The notes under the pieces: generated by a model
Database searches by the model: none
What the model was told of the DNA's origin: nothing
The model's input: only the letters and a program-made list of their open reading frames with translations
In this document: positions 45,882 through 55,851 of the stretch, piece by piece
How positions within the stretch are numbered: position 1 is the stretch's first letter
Layout of the letters: each line of letters starts with the position of its first letter
Position numbers and translations under genes: made by a program
IMG/VR virus record: IMGVR_UViG_3300027759_003944
DNA length: 58,609 nucleotides
Origin: a virus
Lineage: Duplodnaviria; Heunggongvirae; Uroviricota; Caudoviricetes
Direction: 5' to 3' (one strand)

Positions 45882-46868
45882 ATGCTTGACATCCTGAGTT
45901 ATCTGCCTGCAAAAAAGAAACCCACACCTAGCGGTTGGTTGAGTTTCAATGCGGTATGCTGTCAACACAATGGATCAACACAGGATCGACGTGGACGAGG
46001 TGGACTCAAAGCCACTGAGGCAGGATGGAGTTATCACTGTTTCAATTGCTCATACACAGCCAGTTTTATACTGGGACGCAGTGTAAGTTATAAGGCTCGA
46101 AAACTCTTAGGCTGGATGGGTGTACCAGAAGTAGAAATAGAGATGCTGAATCTGGAAAGCCTACGGCATCGAAGCATACACGGAATCATACAAGATCGAC
46201 AACAAACATGGAATACCCTAGCAGGTATCACATTTGAAGAACGAGACTTACCACCATATGCTGAATTGTTAATGCCCGAGCATGAATCATATTGGGAATA
46301 CGTGCGTGGTAGGCATGTACCCGAAGACTTTCCTGCCATGGTACAGATAGAGAATGATGGCGTTCATTGGGTTCGACCGCACGTGGTCATACCATTCACA
46401 CACAATGACAAAATTGTAGGATACACCTGTAGATTCTTAGACAACCGGCAGCCTAAATTTATCAGTGACAGTCAGCCAGGCTATGTGTTTGGCGTAGACT
46501 TACAGCCAGCAGATTGGCAACATGTGATTGTGACAGAAGGCATATTTGATGCACTCAGCATAGGTGGTGTGGCAGTGATGCACAACACCATAAGTGATGC
46601 ACAAGTCAGACTGATTCGCAGTCTAGGACGTAACATAATTGTGGTACCAGATCAAGACACAGCAGGTATCGCACTAATTGATCGTGCGTTGGAACTGGGT
46701 TGGGCTGTGAGCATACCTGATTGGCCTGCGGGCTGCAAAGATGTCAACGATGCAGTGATAAAGTTGGGCAGACTAGGAGCCTTACTAACTATAATGCAAT
46801 CAAGAGAGACCAGTAGAATCAAAATTGAGTTAAGGAAGAAAGCACTTGTTAAAAGATTACAGCACTGA
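45882..46868 (+). CDS. gp61: DNA primase
   Basis: Zn-finger CC...HCFNC, TOPRIM VTEGIFDA, PDQD, KDVND. Confidence 0.88.
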   Translation: MLDILSYLPAKKKPTPSGWLSFNAVCCQHNGSTQDRRGRGGLKATEAGWSYHCFNCSYTASFILGRSVSYKARKLLGWMGVPEVEIEMLNLESLRHRSIHGIIQDRQQTWNTLAGITFEERDLPPYAELLMPEHESYWEYVRGRHVPEDFPAMVQIENDGVHWVRPHVVIPFTHNDKIVGYTCRFLDNRQPKFISDSQPGYVFGVDLQPADWQHVIVTEGIFDALSIGGVAVMHNTISDAQVRLIRSLGRNIIVVPDQDTAGIALIDRALELGWAVSIPDWPAGCKDVNDAVIKLGRLGALLTIMQSRETSRIKIELRKKALVKRLQH

Positions 46869-48267
46869 CGTTCAGAGATTATTTTTAGAAATGATGTTGG
46901 AAGATGCACAGAGTTATGTGCGTGTTCAGAACATCTACAACCCCCAGAACTTTGACAAGAGTTTGCGAGCCGCGGCCGAGTTCATAAAAGAACATTCAGA
47001 CAAACACAAGACCTTGCCAGACCGTACACAGATTGCTGCCACCACAGGCATAAAATTACAAGCGGTACCTGATCTAAACGAAGGCCACTTTGATTGGTTC
47101 ATGGGCGAGTTTGAACAGTTTACCAAGCGCCAAGAACTGGAACGTGCTATCTTAAAAGCCGCAGACATGCTAGAAAAAGGCGACTTTGAACCAGTTGAAA
47201 AGCTGATCAAAGATGCTGTGCAAATATCATTGACCAAGGATATGGGCACAGACTATTTTGCTGATCCAAAAAGTCGTATTGAAAAGTATTTCAATTCAGG
47301 TGGACAAGTAAGCACAGGCTGGCCACAACTGGACCGATTGCTGTATGGTGGGTTTAGTCGCGGTGAACTCAACATTTTTGCCGGTGGTTCAGGATCAGGC
47401 AAGAGTCTTGTGATGATGAACATTGCGCTGAACTGGTTGCAACAGGGTTTGAGTGGTGTGTATATCACACTGGAACTGAGTGAAGAACTCACAAGTTTGC
47501 GAACAGATGCTATGTTGACCAATATGAGCACCAAGGACATTCGCAAAGACATTGATACTACAGAACTCAAAGTCAAACTGGTAGCCAAGAAGTCCGGCAA
47601 CTATCAAGTCAAAGGCTTGCCAGCACAAAGCAACATCAACGACATACGTGCTTATTTGAAAGAATATCAAATCCAAACAGGCAAAAAAGTAGACTTTGTG
47701 ATGATTGATTACCTGGACTTGTTGATGCCTGTGAGTGCAAAAGTTTCGCCCAACGACTTGTTTGTCAAAGACAAGTATGTAAGTGAAGAACTGCGCAACT
47801 TGGCCAAAGAACTGGGATTCTTAATGGTAACTGCTTCACAGTTGAATCGATCGGCTGTGGAAGAAATTGAATTTGATCACAGCCATATTTCAGGTGGTAT
47901 TTCAAAGATCAACACAGCAGATAATGTGTTTGGTATCTTTACAAGTCGTGCTATGAAAGAGCGTGGCAAGTATCAGATACAGTGTATGAAGTCTCGAAGC
48001 TCGACCGGCGTTGGTCAAAAAATTGATTTGGAGTATAACATTGAAACAATGCGCATTACTGACGAAGGCGGAGAAGATGGAGACAATTATTCAAAGAAAC
48101 CATCCGCGTCAATCATGGACTCGATCAAAGCCCGCAGTCAAGTTAGCCAGCCTACTGAAAGTGCAGACACTCTACCATGGGACAGCGGTGATTCAGGACC
48201 AAAAATCACAGCAGATGTACAAAGTGCAAAACTAAAACAACTGTTGGGTAAAATTAAAACAACATGA
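46846..48267 (+). CDS. gp41: Replicative DnaB-like helicase
   Basis: GGSGSGKS, ITLELSE, IDYLDL, TASQLNR, TADNV, KSR. Confidence 0.9.
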   Translation: MLKDYSTDVQRLFLEMMLEDAQSYVRVQNIYNPQNFDKSLRAAAEFIKEHSDKHKTLPDRTQIAATTGIKLQAVPDLNEGHFDWFMGEFEQFTKRQELERAILKAADMLEKGDFEPVEKLIKDAVQISLTKDMGTDYFADPKSRIEKYFNSGGQVSTGWPQLDRLLYGGFSRGELNIFAGGSGSGKSLVMMNIALNWLQQGLSGVYITLELSEELTSLRTDAMLTNMSTKDIRKDIDTTELKVKLVAKKSGNYQVKGLPAQSNINDIRAYLKEYQIQTGKKVDFVMIDYLDLLMPVSAKVSPNDLFVKDKYVSEELRNLAKELGFLMVTASQLNRSAVEEIEFDHSHISGGISKINTADNVFGIFTSRAMKERGKYQIQCMKSRSSTGVGQKIDLEYNIETMRITDEGGEDGDNYSKKPSASIMDSIKARSQVSQPTESADTLPWDSGDSGPKITADVQSAKLKQLLGKIKTT

Positions 48268-49415
48268 CCGATATTTTTTGTCCAATGATACATGGCGGGC
48301 TTAATATTAATTTAAAATCTGCCGACAATAATCTAATTTATAATCAGTGTTGTTTGAGTACAAATCAATTGCTGGTTCCAGATGATGCGCTAATAGACTG
48401 GAACAACTCCCAATTAGAAAACATACGCAAACAAAACAACAACAATACATGGCATTCGGGCTGCTGGGAATGTGAGCGCCTTGAAAAAGTCGGAGTAAAA
48501 AGTTTTAGACATTCAATGATTGAAAAATTTGGTATTAAAAAAAATCTTTCTGGACCTCAAAGAATAGATTTGTTATTTGACCGTAGTTGCAATTTAGCAT
48601 GTGCTACTTGTGGACCAGACAGTAGTACATTTTGGCAAAAGCATCTTAAAGATAATAATTTAATAATCAGAGATATCAATAATGTAATAATCCCAAGCGA
48701 GTATGCCAATGATGAAAACAATTTCAAAAAAATACACCAGACCTTGAAATTGTTGGATTTAAGCAATGTAGAAATGATACAATTTTGCGGGGGCGAAACA
48801 TTACTGGGAAATACCTATTGGAAGACTGCTGAACTACTTGCAGAGCTAATACCAGACGCAAAAAACAGACTTGAATTGGGGTTTCAAACCAATGGCACAC
48901 AACCCATAGATGAAAAATATTATGAATTGATAGAAAAATTTAAATTAGTCAAGCTCATGATCAGCATTGATGGTATTGGGGATAAGTTTGAATATCTAAG
49001 ATGGCCAGCCAGTTGGAATCAAGTTACAGACAACATTTTAAATTTAAAAGAAAAACTGCCCAGCAATGTAATGTTTTTTGTTCAAGAATGCACCAGTTGT
49101 TTGAATTTGTATTACTTCGACGAAGTTGGAAATTGGGTTAAAAATAATTTTAGTACCAATAGGGCAGGAGATCCTGTGGATCATACTACCCAACTGGCCA
49201 TACATGATTATCTTGATGTAAACAATATTACTCAAGAATACGTGGATGCATTGTCAGGCACCAAAATGATTCATACACTTAGCCCAGACTGGAAAGAAAA
49301 TCCTGATGTGATCAAAACAATTATTGCAGAAATAGAAAGATTTGATCAAATTAGAAAATTAGATTGGAAAAAAACTTTCCCTGAAGTCGCTGAGTTTTAT
49401 CATAGATACCTTTGA
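48264..49415 (+). CDS. Radical SAM protein with N-terminal twitch-like domain (#6)
   Basis: FCPM...QCC...CWEC; CNLACATC; CGGE; QTNGT; SIDG; YLRWP. Confidence 0.9.
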   Translation: MTDIFCPMIHGGLNINLKSADNNLIYNQCCLSTNQLLVPDDALIDWNNSQLENIRKQNNNNTWHSGCWECERLEKVGVKSFRHSMIEKFGIKKNLSGPQRIDLLFDRSCNLACATCGPDSSTFWQKHLKDNNLIIRDINNVIIPSEYANDENNFKKIHQTLKLLDLSNVEMIQFCGGETLLGNTYWKTAELLAELIPDAKNRLELGFQTNGTQPIDEKYYELIEKFKLVKLMISIDGIGDKFEYLRWPASWNQVTDNILNLKEKLPSNVMFFVQECTSCLNLYYFDEVGNWVKNNFSTNRAGDPVDHTTQLAIHDYLDVNNITQEYVDALSGTKMIHTLSPDWKENPDVIKTIIAEIERFDQIRKLDWKKTFPEVAEFYHRYL

Positions 49416-49421
49416 TCCAAC

Positions 49422-50480
49422 ATGACCAGAATTGTTTCAACCTGGAGAGTCAATTTAAACACCACTAAACTGGAACAAATTGATAAGTTTTTATCTGATG
49501 ATGTGTTTTATGTCCCAGGAATGATTGAACCAAAAATATTGTGTCATTGGTTAGAAAAATACGGTCAGCCTGCTTACATTGTAATGGATCAGGCTGGGGA
49601 CATAAAAATAGATAATTTAAAAATTTATTCTGTGCCCTTACGAGGACTGGCATTCTCATTTGAAAAATTTGAAAAACTCAATAAATCAACACTGCTAAGA
49701 ACACCAAATACAAAATTTTGTTTCAATTTTTTTGTGAATGAAAATTTAAATGTAAACAAGTACATACTGATCAAGTTGGTGGAGTATTTTGAATTTGATT
49801 GTTTTGATTATGTTTTAAACACTGATGAAAAATTATGTAATATTCGGCCTTTGCTTGATCAATTATCGCACTTGTCTGACACTGACTTGTTGAAAGAATT
49901 TCGTCACAAAATATTAAAACCCATTGCCTTAGGTATTAAACACAATAAAAATTATAGTCCAACTGAGGTGCCTTGTATTGTTAACCAATGGACAGATAAT
50001 CTTGAGTTGTTGTTTGATCAAAGTGCAGTTTCTTTGATAAGCGAACCTCAAGGTGATTTAACAGCATCAATCTTTACAGAAAAAACTATGTTTGCAATTA
50101 TGGGGTTGACTTTTCCTATCTTTGTTGGCGGGTATGGCAATGCTGATTATCTCAAGCAAGTGGGATTAGACACGTTTGACGACATAATAGATCACAGTTA
50201 TCAGTTCTTGCCAACATTGTCAGAACGGTGCTTTTATGCATTGAAAAATAACATGCATATCCTGGCAGATTTATCTTTGGCCAAACAATTAAGACAAGAT
50301 CATTTGTCTCGACTATTAAAAAATCGAGATCTTTTATATGATCAAATTCTAACTAGGCATGTGTATTCAGTGGTAGACACTTGGCCCGAATCATTGAAAT
50401 CAACTATAAAACCTTATTTTGAATTTACACAAAAAATACAAGTTGGCAAAAGCATGCGGCTTTATGACTACGTGGATTAA
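49422..50480 (+). CDS. Putative glycosyltransferase (GT10-like motif)
   Basis: SLISE...IFTEKTMFAI...PIFVG...FDDIIDHSY; AT-rich. Confidence 0.5.
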   Translation: MTRIVSTWRVNLNTTKLEQIDKFLSDDVFYVPGMIEPKILCHWLEKYGQPAYIVMDQAGDIKIDNLKIYSVPLRGLAFSFEKFEKLNKSTLLRTPNTKFCFNFFVNENLNVNKYILIKLVEYFEFDCFDYVLNTDEKLCNIRPLLDQLSHLSDTDLLKEFRHKILKPIALGIKHNKNYSPTEVPCIVNQWTDNLELLFDQSAVSLISEPQGDLTASIFTEKTMFAIMGLTFPIFVGGYGNADYLKQVGLDTFDDIIDHSYQFLPTLSERCFYALKNNMHILADLSLAKQLRQDHLSRLLKNRDLLYDQILTRHVYSVVDTWPESLKSTIKPYFEFTQKIQVGKSMRLYDYVD

Positions 50481-52150
50481 GACGCTGTAGTCACGGAAGT
50501 CCAGCCGTTGGTGCCGTTGGTGTTGACATACAGTCTAGTAGAAGTTGTGCTGCCGTCTGTGCGCATGTACAATGATCCTTGTGCCGCATTTAATGTAGGC
50601 GCACCTGAACCAAAGAATATGCCAAGATTAGCGGTGCTAGACATTTTGTAACCTGCACCTGCTGTGCCGCCGACTGGAATAGCGGTTCCAGAAAGTATGG
50701 TGGCTGCACCCACAGCAGATACCACAGCACCGCTCAATATATTACCACCAGTGATATTGGCGGTGACTGATATAGTAGTACCAGTATGTAGAACGGCATT
50801 TACATTGGCACCTCCCAACACATTGCCACCGGTAATGTTGCCAGTGACACTTAGCAATCCTCCGGTCAGTATGTTACCACCGGTGATGTTGCCAGTTGCT
50901 ACTACTTGAGCACCAGAGTTGATGTTGCCACCGGTGACGTTACCTGTGGCACTATAAGTAGCGGCTGTACTAGCACTGGTGACAATTATATTTCCAGAAG
51001 TTATGTTGCCTGTTACTATGACGTTAGCCGTGGCTAGTAAATTGCCGCCTGTGACATTGCCTGTGGCAGTTATCAACCCACCAGTGCTTACATTGCCACC
51101 AGTTACGTTGCCAGAAGCTGACATCTGTCCAGTGGTGCGCAAGTTACCACCAGTAACATTGCCTGTTGTGGCAGTGATGCCGTTTATCAATGCATTACCC
51201 ACAGAAATGTTGGCTGTGGTTGTTACGTTGGCTGTGGTGTTGATGGCACTGAGTACGTTGCCACTCAAACTCAAAGTGGTAGAAAGCAAATTGCCGCTGG
51301 TGATGTTTCCAGTTGCACTAACTATACCACCTGTACGTATGTTACCTCCAGTGACATTGCCCGTGGCACTAACCAACCCGCCAGTTAGCAAGTTGCCTGC
51401 AGTGACATTGCCTGTAAATGTAGAACCGGAGACCACAATGTTGCCCACAATGTCACCAGTCACATACAGATTGCCACTAACTCCCACACCACCCGCCACA
51501 ATCAGCGCACCTGTGCCTGCATTGGTACTCACAGCAGTGTTGGCAATGGTCACTGTGTCAGTGTAATAGTCCAAGGGTCTGGTAAAATCATACATGACGA
51601 TTGTGGTACCGGCATCAATGGTGCTAAACCCAAATTCAAATGTGCCAGCAGTAGCAAAGGTCAACACATTGGATAACAGTCCTTGTATGGTATTTGTGCC
51701 CTGCGACACACTGGCAGGCAACGTCATGGTGCGTCCAGCCGCATCCACTGTGACTCGCAATCGTATCATGCCAAATGTGCCCGAAGGCGGCCAAGTTGCA
51801 GCGCCGAATGCCAGAGTAATATTGCCAGTTATTGAAACAGTTTGATAAGGGCCAGCATTGCAGTCTATGTTTACTGTGCCTGACGTGGCTGCAATGGTAA
51901 CCACAGTGCCTGACATGCCACGCACCTGTGCATTGTAGATCACATTGTTGGCCATGTTGTTGTCCAAGGTAGTGCCAGTCAGTGCAGCTTTGAACACACC
52001 TTTTGACTGCAGATCGTTGAGTTCGTCCTCTGCATATTGAAAATTTGTCTTGATGTTGGTAAAATTGTCACGCATGCCCTGCGTGTTATTACTGACACCT
52101 GCCACGGGGTATTCGCCGTTTATGTCATTGGGATTGATTTGACTAGTCAT
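50477..52150 (-). CDS. Tail-fibre/fibril-like protein with G-N-V/I-T repeats
   Basis: About 17-aa repeats GGLVSATGNVTGGNLLT; C-terminal GSGAPT...GSLYMRTDG...LYVNT. Confidence 0.75.
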   Translation of the reverse strand: MTSQINPNDINGEYPVAGVSNNTQGMRDNFTNIKTNFQYAEDELNDLQSKGVFKAALTGTTLDNNMANNVIYNAQVRGMSGTVVTIAATSGTVNIDCNAGPYQTVSITGNITLAFGAATWPPSGTFGMIRLRVTVDAAGRTMTLPASVSQGTNTIQGLLSNVLTFATAGTFEFGFSTIDAGTTIVMYDFTRPLDYYTDTVTIANTAVSTNAGTGALIVAGGVGVSGNLYVTGDIVGNIVVSGSTFTGNVTAGNLLTGGLVSATGNVTGGNIRTGGIVSATGNITSGNLLSTTLSLSGNVLSAINTTANVTTTANISVGNALINGITATTGNVTGGNLRTTGQMSASGNVTGGNVSTGGLITATGNVTGGNLLATANVIVTGNITSGNIIVTSASTAATYSATGNVTGGNINSGAQVVATGNITGGNILTGGLLSVTGNITGGNVLGGANVNAVLHTGTTISVTANITGGNILSGAVVSAVGAATILSGTAIPVGGTAGAGYKMSSTANLGIFFGSGAPTLNAAQGSLYMRTDGSTTSTRLYVNTNGTNGWTSVTTAS

Positions 52151-52169
52151 ACTGGTTCCTTGTATTAGA

Positions 52170-52199
52170 TATTTATTGCAATGACGTTTCCACTAAATA
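52170..52199. promoter_or_regulatory. Divergent pair of TAAATA late promoters
   Basis: TATTTA at 52170 (minus-strand TAAATA) and TAAATA at 52194, between divergent genes. Confidence 0.6.
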
Positions 52200-52219
52200 A
52201 TCCAAAGGCCCTTGAGTAA

Positions 52220-52468
52220 ATGCAAAAGAAAACTAAAAGCATATTAGAAGAACTGGACAGTTTGTACATTGAACGTGATCGCAGAGCCATCATCGAAACT
52301 CGCGCCAGCAACCTAATAGAAACAGCCATTCGTTTGCTGGAACAAATTGACGCTGAATTCTCGCCTGACCAGGCAGAGAATCTTCAGCGTAAACTGCTGA
52401 ATGCAATACGTCAACGAGACACCAGCAAGTTCTCACGGTCCGTGAGGAGAACCAATGCAGATCTTTGA
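52220..52468 (+). CDS. Hypothetical protein
   Basis: 82 aa helical. Confidence 0.7.
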   Translation: MQKKTKSILEELDSLYIERDRRAIIETRASNLIETAIRLLEQIDAEFSPDQAENLQRKLLNAIRQRDTSKFSRSVRRTNADL

Positions 52469-53306
52469 AATCACTGCCAAAAAATCCATACAAGAAGCTA
52501 TCAATCCTGGTGCTGTGATCGGTGCACTGGGCGACAGATTAGATGCTTACAATTTTGCCCAGGCTGGGTTAACCAGACCGGGCAATTCGTCTAGTGCTTA
52601 CGGAGATATGAGAGCCAAAGCCGCGGCAGCCGCTGATCCACTTATTGATCAAATGGCTGCCGACGAGTTAGCCAACTGGAATCGGAGTCTGAGTAATGCC
52701 ATGCAGTCCACAGGTGCAAAATCACCAGGCGCATTACCTCCAAGAGTTAAGCAAGGACTATCAAACAGTTTTATGAATCGTGTTTATGGGTACTTTTTAG
52801 ACAATCAGCTAGGTAATGATTTTTCTCAGTTTCCTCGTTATGTAGATAACAAATCTCAATCTGAAGCCAGTATTTTATTATCTGAATTGCGAAGCAGCAT
52901 TCAGTCTATTCTGAATTATAACTCACCCCCATCTACTCCGCAAGGACAGTTCCAGCAATGGCGAAATCTTTCCAAAGCCACATATGACATGCGGTCATTG
53001 ATGCAGTTTAACTCTGCTAAAAATCGTGCGCCAGTTGCCGCAAATAAAATGCCAATTATCATGTTGGATCCTACTGGAAAATTCAAAATTGGCAACACTA
53101 AATTAAACTACCGAAGTCCGGTGATCGCTAACGTACACTCATTGATCATGAGCATGATGCCAACTCCAGCCAGTTCAGAACCAACAATTACTAGGTCTCC
53201 GTCGGGAGATGTACTATTAGATGGACATCTATTAGATCCTCGAGACCCAGTCGAAGGCGAATTAGTAAAAATTATTAATGCAGAAATTAAAAAATTAAAT
53301 CCATGA
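52455..53306 (+). CDS. Putative internal virion protein
   Basis: MQIFEITAKKSIQE N-terminus; GAGGAG RBS. Confidence 0.55.
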   Translation: MQIFEITAKKSIQEAINPGAVIGALGDRLDAYNFAQAGLTRPGNSSSAYGDMRAKAAAAADPLIDQMAADELANWNRSLSNAMQSTGAKSPGALPPRVKQGLSNSFMNRVYGYFLDNQLGNDFSQFPRYVDNKSQSEASILLSELRSSIQSILNYNSPPSTPQGQFQQWRNLSKATYDMRSLMQFNSAKNRAPVAANKMPIIMLDPTGKFKIGNTKLNYRSPVIANVHSLIMSMMPTPASSEPTITRSPSGDVLLDGHLLDPRDPVEGELVKIINAEIKKLNP

Positions 53307-55306
53307 AAACCCTACGCACACTATTAGAAGGCGGCAATGTGTTCAAAGATGCAGAAGGCAAGCCACTTACAGGTCGCATCAATCAAAGCGATGTACCTGC
53401 CACTGTGGCCTGGCTTGAACAACTTACCGGTATAGAATTTCCACGTGAGCGTTGGTTAGGATCAACAGGCAAGGCGCCTACATCGGGCGACATGGATCTT
53501 GCTGTGGATGCCAATCAAGTGTCAAAAGAACAATTGGCTGCCAAACTGACACAGTGGATTGTGGGTCACAAACTGCCGCCTGCTGAATGGATCAAAAAGG
53601 GCGGTGAAGTTCACTTGCGCACCCCCATACAAGGACGACCTGATCTGGGCTATGTGCAAACAGACTTCATGTTCTTTCCCAATTTAGACTGGGGCACATT
53701 CTACTACAATCAAGGCGCAGGCTCGGCCTACAAAGGCATGAACCGTGCTGTGTTGATGTCAAGCATTGCCAAGCACTATGGGCTCAAACTGGGACCCAAT
53801 GGTGTGTTCAGTAGAACCAGCAATGAATTGTTGACCATGGATCCTGATGAAGCAGCACGTATGATTTTAGGACCCCGAGCCACCAGAGACAACCTCAGCA
53901 CAGTGGAAACCATATTTGCCGCCTTGTCCCGGGACAAAGATAAGGAAGCCAAGATCAAAGACTTCCGTGACTACCTCAACAAAGAAGGCCTGCCGCAACC
54001 TGACGCTGTGACAGAAGATACTGACACTTATTTCCTGGCACGCCTGCGTGATAGAATTGTGAATCAAGGCATGCAACCATTGGTAGAACGTGGCAATGCC
54101 AACCCTTACACCATTTACGAAGCAGCCGCAGTGGGTGTGGGCGGCAGAGCCAAGGGCATTGAACACTTGGAAGATTATGTGTTTAGAGAAGGCACAGCAG
54201 GTGTAAACAAAGCCCTGGCCATTGTGGCTGCTTTCAACAAAGATTCAAAAACAGCAAGTGTAAAATGGGACGGCAAGCCTGCTGTGGTATTTGGCCGCAA
54301 GCCCGAGACTGGTGAGTTTGTGCTGACAGATGATTCAGGATTTGGTGCTGTGGGCTACGATGGATTGTTTACCAGTACCAGAGCCATTGCCAACAATCTC
54401 TCACAGCGTGATGCCAATGCTGCCGCCAAGGGCAACAAAGCCGACCGTGTAGCAACATTGTTGCCCACTTATCAAACAGTATGGCCGCTGTTGGAAGCAG
54501 CCACTCCTCAAAATTTCAGAGGCTATGTCAAAGGCGACTTGATGTACTGGGGCAAAACCAACAAACCTTTGCCGGCAACAGAACAAGAGATTGTGCCTGG
54601 TGTTGTTTATCAGTCTGCTGGGTTGCTGGTGTTTAGACCCAACACTGTGACTTATAGAATTCCTGCAGACAGCACACTGGGTAAATCAATTCTCAACAGT
54701 GAAGTTGGCGTAGCAGTACACACCATGTACGAAGATGCGGGGGCAGAAAAACAACCGTTGAGCGGTGTGAAGTTCAATGATGTGCCTGGACTGTTTTTGA
54801 TCCTGCCCATATATGCCAAGCCTGTGGCAAAAGAAAACACTTATGTTGCCATGATCAAACAAGTATTGCAACAAGCCGGTCCGGCCATCAATGTGCTGTT
54901 TAATCCAGCTGAATTACGTGCAATGAAAATAACTGATTTTGCCAAACTAGCAGTGGACTACATCAACCGACGTGTTGATCCCAACGACCAAGCCTACACT
55001 GGCAATTTCAGCGACTTGGTTCCGGGATTTGAAGCATGGCTACAGAGCACCCAAACTGCGCAAAAATACAGCAATATACAACAGTATCTTGACAGCCCTA
55101 CTTCCAACAGGGCTGCATTGCAAGCGGCATTTGTGCTGTTTGAATTGTTGCACGATCTCAAGTTGGATTTACTGGGCAAGTTGGATCAACAGGTGCCTGG
55201 CAACGAAGGTTGGGTGTTTGCTACTCCTGCAGGCTACGGAAAAGCAGTAAATAGATTTGACTTTTCAGCTAGAAACAAAGCCAAAAACAATCCGCAACAG
55301 GGCTAA
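53303..55306 (+). CDS. Two-domain protein: pol-beta-type nucleotidyltransferase plus ligase-like KxDG domain (DUF6267-like)
   Basis: LGSTGK..SGDMDLAVD...VQTDFM; IEHLED...VKWDGKPA...KGDLM; N-terminal MKTLRTLLE. Confidence 0.6.
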   Translation: MKTLRTLLEGGNVFKDAEGKPLTGRINQSDVPATVAWLEQLTGIEFPRERWLGSTGKAPTSGDMDLAVDANQVSKEQLAAKLTQWIVGHKLPPAEWIKKGGEVHLRTPIQGRPDLGYVQTDFMFFPNLDWGTFYYNQGAGSAYKGMNRAVLMSSIAKHYGLKLGPNGVFSRTSNELLTMDPDEAARMILGPRATRDNLSTVETIFAALSRDKDKEAKIKDFRDYLNKEGLPQPDAVTEDTDTYFLARLRDRIVNQGMQPLVERGNANPYTIYEAAAVGVGGRAKGIEHLEDYVFREGTAGVNKALAIVAAFNKDSKTASVKWDGKPAVVFGRKPETGEFVLTDDSGFGAVGYDGLFTSTRAIANNLSQRDANAAAKGNKADRVATLLPTYQTVWPLLEAATPQNFRGYVKGDLMYWGKTNKPLPATEQEIVPGVVYQSAGLLVFRPNTVTYRIPADSTLGKSILNSEVGVAVHTMYEDAGAEKQPLSGVKFNDVPGLFLILPIYAKPVAKENTYVAMIKQVLQQAGPAINVLFNPAELRAMKITDFAKLAVDYINRRVDPNDQAYTGNFSDLVPGFEAWLQSTQTAQKYSNIQQYLDSPTSNRAALQAAFVLFELLHDLKLDLLGKLDQQVPGNEGWVFATPAGYGKAVNRFDFSARNKAKNNPQQG

Positions 55307-55371
55307 TTTTTACCGTTTGTATAAATAAAAGCAGGTCCATAGTGACCACTTAACTTTAAAGGAAATTTATC

Positions 55372-55779
55372 ATGGCACAATTTACAAAAGTATCTGGAAC
55401 TACACAACCAGTATTTGCACTGGACGTTGCTAACGGCTCAATCTCTGGAACAGCCAACGTTGCGGCCCAAGGCCCAGTACAAGTTGCAGGTCCAAAACTG
55501 GACTTCTTCTCATTGACAGCCAACACTGCTCTTACCAATGCTGGTAACGTCAACGGTTACTTGAACAGTGTGTTGACAGCAATTCAACAAAATGGTACTA
55601 TTGCTATCTATCAAGCCGGCGCAACAGCTGGTACAATCAACTTGGCTATCTACCCAACAGGCGCTTACACCACAGCTACCCTGGTTACCGCTGCTCAAAC
55701 AGCCAACGCCACAGGTGGCTTGAACATTGGTATCCCAACTGCCAACGTTAGCGCAACTGCAAGCTTCACAACAACTTAA
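55372..55779 (+). CDS. Putative abundant virion structural protein
   Basis: Ala/Thr/Asn-rich 135 aa; TAAATA at 55322, AAGGA RBS, own terminator. Confidence 0.65.
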   Translation: MAQFTKVSGTTQPVFALDVANGSISGTANVAAQGPVQVAGPKLDFFSLTANTALTNAGNVNGYLNSVLTAIQQNGTIAIYQAGATAGTINLAIYPTGAYTTATLVTAAQTANATGGLNIGIPTANVSATASFTTT

Positions 55780-55798
55780 TCTAGTTTAGATTAACGCT

Positions 55799-55832
55799 AA
55801 CCCTGGACGTAAAAAATCCAGGGTTTCTTTTT
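55799..55832 (+). terminator. Rho-independent terminator
   Basis: AACCCTGGA...TCCAGGGTT followed by TCTTTTT. Confidence 0.75.
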
Positions 55833-55851
55833 GGCGTTAAATATGCACATA

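Noticed and set aside
9657-49415. Radical SAM genes as a RiPP cluster
   Set aside because: No convincing precursor peptide, RRE domain, protease or transporter nearby; neighbours are mostly sugar-tailoring type
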